A DNA stretch of 24,023 nucleotides from a virus (lineage: Duplodnaviria; Caudoviricetes). Below, piece by piece: positions 15,220-23,740 of this stretch. The stretch lies in the IMG/VR virus record IMGVR_UViG_3300043464_000245, positions 1 to 24,023 of that record; one strand, written 5' to 3'. The translations under genes and the position numbers were made by a program. Every line of letters starts with the position of its first letter. Positions within the stretch are counted from its first letter, which is position 1. The notes beneath the pieces were generated by a model. It was given only the letters and a program-made list of their open reading frames with translations, did no database searches and was not told where the DNA came from.

Positions 15220-16625
15220 TCGCTACTATTCTTTAAGCCAGCAAGCATACTTTTAAGTTTACTACTGTCTACAGTAGCATTAATTTTCGGAGCATCTGTG
15301 ATTTCACCAGTTTCTCTATTAACTGTTGATGTTGATTTAATATTGTTTAATACGTTGTTGATATTGCGACTAGCACCATTGCCATCTCCGGCAGTTTCTT
15401 CACCTTCATCTGTAATGCGCATGGTTTCAATATTATAAGTCAAATCTACTTTATGTCCTACACCAGTACTACTACGCGACTTCATACATTGTAATTGATA
15501 TCTGCCACGTTCTTTCATAGCACGACTTGTAAAGATACCAAACACATTATCTGCTGTATTAATTTTACTAATACCACCAGCGATATGACTATGGTCAAAT
15601 TCAATTTCTTCTACAGCACTACGATTAAGTTGCGAAGCTGTTACTAGCAATACATTAAGTTCTTTGGCTAAGTTACGTAGTTCTTCTGCTACATATTTGT
15701 CTTTGATAAATTGGTCATTTGGATTAACTTTAATCGATACAGGCATTACTAAATCTAAATAGTCTACCATAACAAAGTCAACTTTAATACCAGTTTGAAT
15801 CTGTACTTCTTTTAAGTAACTACGTATATCATTAACATTACTCTGCGCAGGAAATCCTTTAACACGATATTGTCCGGACTTCTTACCTACCATCTTAACT
15901 TTAAGTTCAGTTGTTTCAATATCCTTACGAATGTCTTTTGTACTCATACCAGTAAGCATAGCATCTGTACGTAACGAGCATAGTTCTTCACTAAGTTCTA
16001 ATGTTACATACACACCACTTAGTCCAGCTTGTAACCAACTAAGAGCAATGTTCATCATAACTAAAGATTTACCTGAACCAGAACCACCAGCAAAGATATT
16101 AAGTTCGCCGCGACTAAAGCCACCGTAGAGTATCTTATCCATTTGTGGCCAACCGGTACTTACCTGTCCGCCACTGTTAAAGTACCGGTCAATACGTGCT
16201 CTAGGGTCTTCAAAGTATTCTGTACCCATGTCTTTAGTTAAGGATATTTGTACAGCATCTTTGATTAGTTTTTCAACTGGATCATACTCGCCCTTTTCCA
16301 ACATATCTGCGGCCGCAAGAATAGCACGCTCAAGTTCATTACGTTTAGTAAAGCCCTCGAACTCTGTCATAAACCAATTGTAGTGATCTTCAGTTAGGTC
16401 GGGTACATGTTTGAGCGTGACTGTAGTTACTGCCTGTACTTGATCAATAGTAGGCAGTGTTCTATATTCATCACTGTGTTGCTTAATAAACTTAGCCGCT
16501 TCACGTAAACTTCTATCAAAGTTTTCGGGATTATAGATGTTTTGTACCCGCACATAGCTCTGCGGATCTTGTAGCATCATTTCTAAAAATAACTGCTGTA
16601 GGTCTGTTGAATATTCTTTGCTCAT
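15216..16625 (-). CDS. Replicative DNA helicase, DnaB/T4 gp41 family
   Basis: Walker A GGSGSGKS, TLELSE, MVDYLDL, TASQLNRS and MKSRS. Confidence 0.93.
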   Translation of the reverse strand: MSKEYSTDLQQLFLEMMLQDPQSYVRVQNIYNPENFDRSLREAAKFIKQHSDEYRTLPTIDQVQAVTTVTLKHVPDLTEDHYNWFMTEFEGFTKRNELERAILAAADMLEKGEYDPVEKLIKDAVQISLTKDMGTEYFEDPRARIDRYFNSGGQVSTGWPQMDKILYGGFSRGELNIFAGGSGSGKSLVMMNIALSWLQAGLSGVYVTLELSEELCSLRTDAMLTGMSTKDIRKDIETTELKVKMVGKKSGQYRVKGFPAQSNVNDIRSYLKEVQIQTGIKVDFVMVDYLDLVMPVSIKVNPNDQFIKDKYVAEELRNLAKELNVLLVTASQLNRSAVEEIEFDHSHIAGGISKINTADNVFGIFTSRAMKERGRYQLQCMKSRSSTGVGHKVDLTYNIETMRITDEGEETAGDGNGASRNINNVLNNIKSTSTVNRETGEITDAPKINATVDSSKLKSMLAGLKNSSE

Positions 16626-16632
16626 ATGTTAA

Positions 16633-18096
16633 TTATTTTTGTTCCTTAAGTTTTATTATTTTCTTAATTTTATTTCGTTTTTCGAATAACGGAATGTTTT
16701 GTTCAAGGATATGTAACATACCAGTAGCACTATTATTAAATGTATAACCAAGATCTGCAACATATTCCTTTATTTTATTCACCCTGCGTATACGTTCTGA
16801 TAATGTTAATGTAGGATTATTGTGTGCCATCCAATTATTTTCATGCTTATCTAATTCAATATTAAATTCTGATGCTTGATTATACAGTGGTGTACCTGGC
16901 AGTATACCCAACGTAGAACCAAAGCTAACATCTATAATTATCTTATTTGCGAGATGCTGATATTTTTTAAACATGTCGAGAGTTAATTGAAAATCATATT
17001 CAGTTTCTGTCGGATATCCAATAATCATAAGAAACGTACAAGTAATATTATATTTTTCTAACATCTTCATAGTGTAATCAAGATCTTCATTAGAGAATTT
17101 TTTATTCATATGTTCTCTAACTTGGTCACTACCTGTTTCAACTCCGATGGCTAAATTATTAGCACCCGATTGAGATAAATTATACCAATACTCCTCATCA
17201 AGGTGGTTAGATGAACGTATTATATATTGACCGGCCCATTTGATATTATGACCCCGTTGATTATATTTCATCATTGCCTGACAAAAAGTTTTAAATTCAG
17301 TTAGTCCACCATTAACTAAACTATCAGTAAAATTAAAACTATCAACTTGATATCGTTCATGGAGATAAATCATCTCTTCCGCTACTCGTAAACCCGATCT
17401 ATATTTATAGCGCCAGTGATCGTGTATATCACAAAAACTACATGATCTAACACAACCACGACTTGCAGTTATTGGTAATGTTTTACGATCGTATATTTCA
17501 AAATTATAATCATCGTAATTAGGAAATGGAATACTATCTAAATCATCAATCTGTTTGAAATCATCTTTATTGATACCCGGGTAATCGAGATTACCTTTAA
17601 GTAATTCTACTAGCGAATTTTCACCTTCGCTTTTGATATAATAATCAGCTAGCGAAGTTAATATTAATTCTTTTGCGAACCCTTGCGGTCCTAATATTCC
17701 ACCATCAGTTAAACCTTGTCCTCCTAATATTATTTTTATATCAGAATGTTTACGCAAATACTCGCACAACATTCTAGTAGCTATTCGATTCTGATATGTA
17801 AAAACACTAATTCCCACGTATACCGGATTATATGATATAATTTCAGTTGCCCACTGAGATATTAATTCATTAGCTTCCTGTACACATTCATTGTTAAGCC
17901 CTGTACTAAAAAAATTCTCCAACTCAGTCAATTTAATAACATCAGTTACTGTGTTATAAAATATAATATTAAAATCTAATGTTTTACATGTGAATCCCAC
18001 TTGTTCAATTGATGCTTTAAGTAATGCCGGCGCAGCCATTGGCATACGTACCAACGTACCGGGAAGAGTCACTATTATAATATCTTTTCTAGGCAT
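16633..18096 (-). CDS. Cobalamin-binding (class B-like) radical SAM protein
   Basis: N-terminal B12-domain pattern (VGISVFT...IILGG...EGE), ASRGCVRSCSFC (CxxxCxxC), GVETGS and IIGYPTET. Likely start ATG 18096 overlapping the primase end (track gives 18120). Confidence 0.88.
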   Translation of the reverse strand: MPRKDIIIVTLPGTLVRMPMAAPALLKASIEQVGFTCKTLDFNIIFYNTVTDVIKLTELENFFSTGLNNECVQEANELISQWATEIISYNPVYVGISVFTYQNRIATRMLCEYLRKHSDIKIILGGQGLTDGGILGPQGFAKELILTSLADYYIKSEGENSLVELLKGNLDYPGINKDDFKQIDDLDSIPFPNYDDYNFEIYDRKTLPITASRGCVRSCSFCDIHDHWRYKYRSGLRVAEEMIYLHERYQVDSFNFTDSLVNGGLTEFKTFCQAMMKYNQRGHNIKWAGQYIIRSSNHLDEEYWYNLSQSGANNLAIGVETGSDQVREHMNKKFSNEDLDYTMKMLEKYNITCTFLMIIGYPTETEYDFQLTLDMFKKYQHLANKIIIDVSFGSTLGILPGTPLYNQASEFNIELDKHENNWMAHNNPTLTLSERIRRVNKIKEYVADLGYTFNNSATGMLHILEQNIPLFEKRNKIKKIIKLKEQK

Positions 18097-19120
18097 ATCT
18101 TCTCTTGCGTAGTAATTCAATTTTTAACTTGCTTGATTCTTTAGCATCAATGATAGTTTTAAGCACAAATAGTTTGCCATACTTAACTACTGCGTCACTA
18201 ATGTCTTTACAGTCTAAATCTTCTTGCCACACTGGAAAGCTAACACTCCAACCATACTTTATCGCCGCGTCAACAAGTTTAGCACCACTCTTATCTGCAT
18301 CAGCAACAACAATAACTTCACGGCCCAATGCGTCAATTATATCTGCTTGTTGGTCTGCTACTTCATTACCTAATACTGCTACACCATCTACGGCCATAGC
18401 ATCAAACGGACCTTCGCAGACAATAACAAACTTCCAATCACGCTGTTGATTGTTAGTGTTGAACACAAAGTTAGGTTCATAATGACTGTAATACTTTGGC
18501 TTAATCTCATCTACAAATGTTCTAGCTGTGTAGCCAATAGTCCGGCCTTCCCAGATCATAGGAATGATCACACGACGATCTAACTTATGTTCCACACTGT
18601 CAGTCCAGTAAAATTCATACTTGGTATGATCAATCTTACGAGCCTTGATGTAGTCAACTGCTGAATTTAGCAGTGTAGGAACATTATTAAAGTCATCTAA
18701 TATGTGATGTGTAAGTAGCTGTTGAAAACTAAGTGCATCTTTGGGTAACTCACGAACTTTAAATTCAATCTTTTCTTCAGGTTCTTTTACCTGTTCTGGT
18801 GCTACTAGGTCTTTGATACGAATAGCTTCGATTACTAGGCGTTTAACATCACTATCACCTGCACCCATCCATGATAATAGTTTACGAAACTTAAATGTTA
18901 AGTGACGACCTGGTTGATATGATGCTTTGAAGTTACAATTAAAACAGTGGTAGCTTACACTACCATCTGCGTTAGCAGTTAAGCCACCACGACCCCTAGT
19001 ATCTGCTGAATCACCGTTGTGTATACAGCAAGGTGCATTAAAGCTAATCCAACCGCTAGGAGTTGTTTTACGCTTTGCAGGTAAAATACTTTTAATGAAA
19101 TCAGAGATGATGTTCAGCAT
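18089..19120 (-). CDS. DNA primase (Zn-binding domain + TOPRIM)
   Basis: PCCIH...YHCFNC Zn ribbon, RRVIIP, CEGPFDA and DADKSG TOPRIM motifs. Confidence 0.9.
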   Translation of the reverse strand: MLNIISDFIKSILPAKRKTTPSGWISFNAPCCIHNGDSADTRGRGGLTANADGSVSYHCFNCNFKASYQPGRHLTFKFRKLLSWMGAGDSDVKRLVIEAIRIKDLVAPEQVKEPEEKIEFKVRELPKDALSFQQLLTHHILDDFNNVPTLLNSAVDYIKARKIDHTKYEFYWTDSVEHKLDRRVIIPMIWEGRTIGYTARTFVDEIKPKYYSHYEPNFVFNTNNQQRDWKFVIVCEGPFDAMAVDGVAVLGNEVADQQADIIDALGREVIVVADADKSGAKLVDAAIKYGWSVSFPVWQEDLDCKDISDAVVKYGKLFVLKTIIDAKESSKLKIELLRKRRYA

Positions 19121-19127
19121 ATACTAT

Positions 19128-19156
19128 ATTATATGCTAGTTGTTACTGCGAGTCAA
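19128..19156 (-). promoter_or_regulatory. Sigma70-like promoter of the primase operon (probably leaderless)
   Basis: TTGACT (19156-19151), 17 nt, TATAAT (19133-19128). ATG lies 7 nt downstream with no SD. Confidence 0.8.
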
Positions 19157-19165
19157 GTATTTTGA

Positions 19166-19603
19166 TTAATAAACGTTTGAGATAACTTGCATTTGTCCAA
19201 CCGCACCCCAATTGTCATCAGTGTATGCAGGTAGTGTTAAGTTACCCACTGCTGTCCCAGTATAGCTTACTGTGTAATTGTAGTATTCTTGTGTTAGGTT
19301 CGCAACGTTTGCTTGGTCCAATGTAACCGTGCCAACCGCAGTAGTTACATTTGAAATATTAGCAGTAGTCGACCATACCGTTACATTGCTATCTGTCAGT
19401 GCAAATGTAAAAGATCTACTTACAACATTAGCAGGCTTTTGGTCGTTGTTTCTGAATTGAATTGTGATAATATTATCGATATTCTTATAAACTTTCACTG
19501 GTCTGCTATACACGATTCTATTCCTTGTTTTAATTGTGGGATCATCATCTAGAACCTGAACCTCTATAATATTTTCATATAAATAACTTGTGATGAGTGG
19601 CAC
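19166..19603 (-). CDS. Beta-rich hypothetical protein, possible baseplate/structural (Ig-like) domain
   Basis: GTG start after AAGGGA; TATAAATA at 19632-19625; Thr/Val/Asn-rich. Confidence 0.65.
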   Translation of the reverse strand: MPLITSYLYENIIEVQVLDDDPTIKTRNRIVYSRPVKVYKNIDNIITIQFRNNDQKPANVVSRSFTFALTDSNVTVWSTTANISNVTTAVGTVTLDQANVANLTQEYYNYTVSYTGTAVGNLTLPAYTDDNWGAVGQMQVISNVY

Positions 19604-19641
19604 TGTGTTTTATCCCTTATCACATATTTATACGGATTCTA

Positions 19642-20013
19642 ATGGAAGACAGTCACAAGGTTTTACTTGATCAATACCCCTTCTTATCGTTCATAACGTA
19701 TGGGGGAAATGATTATATTGGCATTGTTCAAAATGCAGATGAATTCATCACCACTATATATGACTTTGCCGCACTGCGTACCATAGAGCAAAAAACAATG
19801 TTTTTAGCTATGGCAGATCAGTGGTGGTGGGAAAGTAACAGGCTTATACCCATTAACGTGTTTTTAAAGCAGGATTGGACAGAGTTTAGAGTTTGTTTAA
19901 AAACATTCAACAGCAAAGATGTTGTAATACAACACGGGCCGTATGTAAGTCTAAGAGAAATTGCGTCGAAAAGAAGTAAACGCAGAAGTATTACTTTAAT
20001 TCGGAAGATGTAA
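19642..20013 (+). CDS. Conserved phage hypothetical protein
   Basis: ORF track 19597..20013. Likely start ATG 19642 after GGA. Motifs YPFLS, YIGIVQN, WWWESNRLIPIN and a basic C-terminus. Confidence 0.75.
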   Translation: MEDSHKVLLDQYPFLSFITYGGNDYIGIVQNADEFITTIYDFAALRTIEQKTMFLAMADQWWWESNRLIPINVFLKQDWTEFRVCLKTFNSKDVVIQHGPYVSLREIASKRSKRRSITLIRKM

Positions 20014-20587
20014 TTAAGTTAAGATTTACCGCAACCAATTGACTGTAGGAAATTGCGTGGGCTTTTTTGAAGTAATAAGTGTCATCCGCAGGTCGATCCC
20101 ATACAGTAAGAGCAACTTCTTTCCAAGTACGCCCAGCTAAATGTCTTTTAGCAGGACGAATGATAGCTAAGAACATAGCTAATCTAGGAATACTATCCAC
20201 AGGTTCAGGCATCTGCAATAACAAATCGTAATGCCCATTAACATGCATTAGCTTTGCACATACGTCCGGATCATACAACTTAGCCCAGTCCGGTTCACGC
20301 ATCAACTCAACTAAATGAGTTTCATCTCTAACCTGTTTATACAAGTTAACATTAAGAAAATCTAGTTTAACATAGCCACGGGCTTCTGCAGCATTATGAT
20401 CTAAACTTGCCTGTCCTGTAAATGGATCTATAGGAATGTCTGTAGCATACACGCCAGTGTTGTGTTTAACTAAACCACCATCACGTACTATACTCGCAGG
20501 AGTGACATCAAGTAAACCGATTATCTGTTCACGGTCAGCAAAATCTATATCGACATCGCTGGCAAATTTTTTATTTAATTGTGTCAC
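19991..20587 (-). CDS. Miniature DNA polymerase III alpha (DnaE, family C)-like protein
   Basis: Ordered DnaE motifs DVDIDF, KHNTGVY, GYVKLDFL, LAIIRP and YFKKAHAISY within 198 aa. Confidence 0.8.
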   Translation of the reverse strand: MTQLNKKFASDVDIDFADREQIIGLLDVTPASIVRDGGLVKHNTGVYATDIPIDPFTGQASLDHNAAEARGYVKLDFLNVNLYKQVRDETHLVELMREPDWAKLYDPDVCAKLMHVNGHYDLLLQMPEPVDSIPRLAMFLAIIRPAKRHLAGRTWKEVALTVWDRPADDTYYFKKAHAISYSQLVAVNLNLITSSELK

Positions 20588-20636
20588 TTCTTTTACCTTT
20601 GTTGTGAGGTGTATGTCCCGCCCACCCGTCTTTCAT
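20571..20636 (-). CDS. Possible 21-aa micro-ORF with a PHNKGK motif
   Basis: Not in ORF track. ATG overlaps the upstream TGA (ATGA); MKDGWAGHTPHNKGKRSDTIK; its end overlaps the mini-DnaE start. Confidence 0.35.
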   Translation of the reverse strand: MKDGWAGHTPHNKGKRSDTIK

Positions 20637-20800
20637 AGTTTTTCAATGATCTTTCCTTTAAAAGGATTCATTGGAGGAGTAACAGCCACCTGTTCTAGTT
20701 TAGCAATCTTAGCTTCCAATTTTTCTACCAGGTGAATTAGATATAATATGTCAGTGCGCATATTAACTACTTCGGTGATTAATTTTGTAGTATCAGTCAT
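20633..20800 (-). CDS. Hypothetical short coiled-coil protein (55 aa)
   Basis: ORF track 20633..20836. Likely start ATG 20800 (TAATG overlap with the upstream stop). Confidence 0.55.
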   Translation of the reverse strand: MTDTTKLITEVVNMRTDILYLIHLVEKLEAKIAKLEQVAVTPPMNPFKGKIIEKL

Positions 20801-21543
20801 TACAAGCCTGCATCTTTTAAAATTGATTTGACCCATTCGGTATCAGCCAAATAGTCTTTAAACTTACGTTGCCAATACTCCGGGTCAATCATTGTAATTA
20901 TTTGCGTAACTTGCTCCTCGCCCAATGAATCCAAGAATGCAATGCCCGAATCACAGTTAAACACAATCCAAGGACTAATACGGCCATTGGCAATGTGATG
21001 GCATACACGATTCGCATTAGCTGATCTAAAATAGTCCTTAAACCCGTTTGGAAATAATTCTGTATTTTCGTCCACATAATTCTGCATCTCCGTTAATGCC
21101 CGCTCAAGTGCATCTTGTACTGCTTCTTTACGCATATACTGATGCAGGTATTCTAAGTATACAACCTCATGTGTCCAGTGGTCAATCTTCTTATTTTGTT
21201 TAATCACATATTCAATAAATGCTCGTGGATTTACAGCACGTATACCAATAATATGACGACCAAATTTAACAAACGCTGTGTAGTAAGGACTTGTGATAAA
21301 GTCAGCATAGCTCTTTAGTTTAGCCGAACCTTGTGTTAGTTCAAAGAAACGTAGGTATGCTTGTAGGCCAAACTGTACACCAACTTCTTTTTCCTGTTGC
21401 CAACGACGTTTGGGCTCACACAGATGCGCAGCCAAAGTACTTTCCTTACGAAATTCCTTTGAACAATATTTACAGGTATATGTTGGTGCGGCTTCTATAG
21501 TAGTTTTACCTTCATTCCAAGTTGATACTATTTCATCAATCAT
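20800..21543 (-). CDS. Zn-finger-containing conserved phage protein
   Basis: YTCKYCSKEFRKESTLAAHLC: C-x2-C-x3-F-x5-L-x2-H-x-C. Also GRISPW near the C-terminus. Confidence 0.75.
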   Translation of the reverse strand: MIDEIVSTWNEGKTTIEAAPTYTCKYCSKEFRKESTLAAHLCEPKRRWQQEKEVGVQFGLQAYLRFFELTQGSAKLKSYADFITSPYYTAFVKFGRHIIGIRAVNPRAFIEYVIKQNKKIDHWTHEVVYLEYLHQYMRKEAVQDALERALTEMQNYVDENTELFPNGFKDYFRSANANRVCHHIANGRISPWIVFNCDSGIAFLDSLGEEQVTQIITMIDPEYWQRKFKDYLADTEWVKSILKDAGL

Positions 21544-22004
21544 TCCAACTCTTTCTTAATAGTCTTATCATCCATGCCTAGTTGTTGGCCTAAGAGTTTA
21601 AGACTTTTAGTATCGTTAATTGCCACCAGCACATCAAGTTCATCTTGACGTAGGTTAGGATATAGTTTAGCAAGAAACTTTGATGCTTTGCTGTTGCCTT
21701 CTTTCTTTTTAGTACCTTGCCAGTAATGACTTTGTCTGCCCATGCCCGGGCTTACAGTTGTACAACATAGCCACTGTAACTTAGTATGTTTGTTTAGGTC
21801 GAAGAAGTTTTTGTTTACACGTTCATTTACTGCCAATAGATAATATGCCTGTAGGTCACTTGAACCAGTAACACTAGCACCATAGCGTAGCATTAGATAG
21901 GTGCTGAACTTCTTACGATCTTCTTCTGTAAAGTTATCGTAGTAAGCACGATCTTTGCGATCATATGCTGCCATCTCATCATTGATTTGTAAACTTGAAC
22001 TCAT
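21540..22004 (-). CDS. Putative clamp loader small subunit (T4 gp62-like)
   Basis: Size and the pattern F..YLMLRY..S...N..VN...KLQW...HYW resemble gp62-like proteins; replication neighbourhood. Function is inference. Confidence 0.45.
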   Translation of the reverse strand: MSSSLQINDEMAAYDRKDRAYYDNFTEEDRKKFSTYLMLRYGASVTGSSDLQAYYLLAVNERVNKNFFDLNKHTKLQWLCCTTVSPGMGRQSHYWQGTKKKEGNSKASKFLAKLYPNLRQDELDVLVAINDTKSLKLLGQQLGMDDKTIKKELE

Positions 22005-22009
22005 CTATT

Positions 22010-22039
22010 ATTATACTATGTATTTCCTACAATTGTCAA
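22010..22039 (-). promoter_or_regulatory. Consensus sigma70-like promoter (probably leaderless) within the 3' end of the radical SAM gene
   Basis: TTGACA (22039-22034), 18 nt, TATAAT (22015-22010). ATG lies 5 nt downstream. Confidence 0.75.
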
Positions 22040-23504
22040 GCTCAGGAATATAATCAATTAATCGAATATTCCGTGAAACATCTAGTTTATCATTGAATTC
22101 AAAAAACTTTGTTAATCTCGCAACATCGACATCATTGGTACTACTAAAATGTGTAATAAGTCCATCAATAAAACTTGCAAGTAATGGATCATTTTTATAA
22201 CAATTTAAATTAATTATATCTTTTAATGTATTAACTGATTCTGGAAAAAGAAAAGGAGATAGCACATTATCGGACGATCCAGCAAGTTGACAATGCGCTA
22301 ATGTTGTTGGAAATTCTGTATCAAAAAATTGTAATAACAAATAAAGATTAGTTATGTTGTATATCGATACTGTTGTGTTAAAAGTAATAATATGCCCGCG
22401 TTCTTTAAGATTATGTACATTATCGATAATATTACTCCATTCAGCCGGCCATCTGATATAGTGGTTAACTGAATCTAATCCATCTATACTAACAACAAAT
22501 TGCAAATTACTAAATTGAGCAAATAGATTAAGCAATTTTTTACTAAACTTAGTGGCATTTGTATTAACGAGAAATTCAAAAGAAGTATTATTCTGTTCAA
22601 TACATGTCTGTAGAAACTCATAAAATTCGGGCATTGCTGTGGGTTCACCACCAGATACATATAATTTTTTTAAATTAGTAAAATCGATAAATTTAAAATC
22701 TGTATAGTCAATCAGAGGAACATTTTCATATATTCCTATTGTTTTATATTCTTTCTCTATTAGATTACTACTCTCAGGACCACACATCCTACATTGTAAA
22801 TTACATACATTACTTGCCCGCACTTCGTAATAAGCAGGAGAAGTAATATTAGCTAAATCATCTAATGAGGTTAAATTTAGTCGATTTGCCCATTCAACCG
22901 TTTCTTGTTTTCGGGCACTCACCATACCTTTTGATTCATAGTTGTAGCAAGTGCTGCAGTACTCGGGTAATAATTTGCCAGCCAGCATAGAATCACGTAT
23001 TTTTTTATACTCGGAGTCTGTTTGAAAATTAGTCAACGCAGATAATTTTGTAATTGGCTTAAACGACCGACAACAAACAGTAGTAGATCCATTATGGACT
23101 AATAATTCAATAAAAGGAAAAATACAAAAACTTTTATTTGTTGTAACTAATTCTTCAAATAATGTTACATCAGTAGAATAGGATTGATCTAACCACGTTA
23201 CTTTAACAAATTCTTCCGCTTGCTTGGCTATACGTATAGTATTATAGAATGCATCTGGATGGGTCCAGTCTGCTTTTGATTGATCTAATATAACAACTTC
23301 ATCAAATAATTTAATTAATTCCACTAATTTGCCGTATTCTATATCATATATGCTAGTTTGATAATACCCATCAACAATAGGGATAATTTCGGTAATGAGA
23401 CCGTGATACTCTTGCAAATCACTATAGGCAATTGCTCGGGTTTTGACATCAGTGTCTTCACTGTTATTTCCCAAACAAAGAATTTTCTTACTTAAACTCA
23501 TCAT
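22011..23504 (-). CDS. Radical SAM protein with a SPASM/twitch-like Cys domain N-terminal to the radical SAM core
   Basis: FCIFPF...VCCR...YCSTCY, then NVCNLQCRMC (CxxxCxxC), SGGEP, TNAT, SIDG and YIRWP. Confidence 0.88.
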   Translation of the reverse strand: MMSLSKKILCLGNNSEDTDVKTRAIAYSDLQEYHGLITEIIPIVDGYYQTSIYDIEYGKLVELIKLFDEVVILDQSKADWTHPDAFYNTIRIAKQAEEFVKVTWLDQSYSTDVTLFEELVTTNKSFCIFPFIELLVHNGSTTVCCRSFKPITKLSALTNFQTDSEYKKIRDSMLAGKLLPEYCSTCYNYESKGMVSARKQETVEWANRLNLTSLDDLANITSPAYYEVRASNVCNLQCRMCGPESSNLIEKEYKTIGIYENVPLIDYTDFKFIDFTNLKKLYVSGGEPTAMPEFYEFLQTCIEQNNTSFEFLVNTNATKFSKKLLNLFAQFSNLQFVVSIDGLDSVNHYIRWPAEWSNIIDNVHNLKERGHIITFNTTVSIYNITNLYLLLQFFDTEFPTTLAHCQLAGSSDNVLSPFLFPESVNTLKDIINLNCYKNDPLLASFIDGLITHFSSTNDVDVARLTKFFEFNDKLDVSRNIRLIDYIPELDNCRKYIV

Positions 23505-23740
23505 TTACTTTTTTGCAAATAGCTAAGAATTCCAGTTATGCTTTGTTGCATGTTATTATATTTGTACTTAAGGCTTTCTAATTCCTCAGCTTGTCTACGT
23601 ATCTGTAGTTGCAAATCTAAGATAACATCTTTTTGTTCTCTAATAACTTTGTCATGTGACAGCAAGTTAGGGCGCGGCGGAGCATTTGGATCTACAGCAC
23701 GTTTTTTCTTTGCTTTAAATTGGGCTGGATTATACGCCAT
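23501..23740 (-). CDS. Hypothetical protein (basic N-terminus, coiled coil)
   Basis: 79-aa ORF overlapping both neighbours. Confidence 0.7.
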   Translation of the reverse strand: MAYNPAQFKAKKKRAVDPNAPPRPNLLSHDKVIREQKDVILDLQLQIRRQAEELESLKYKYNNMQQSITGILSYLQKSK

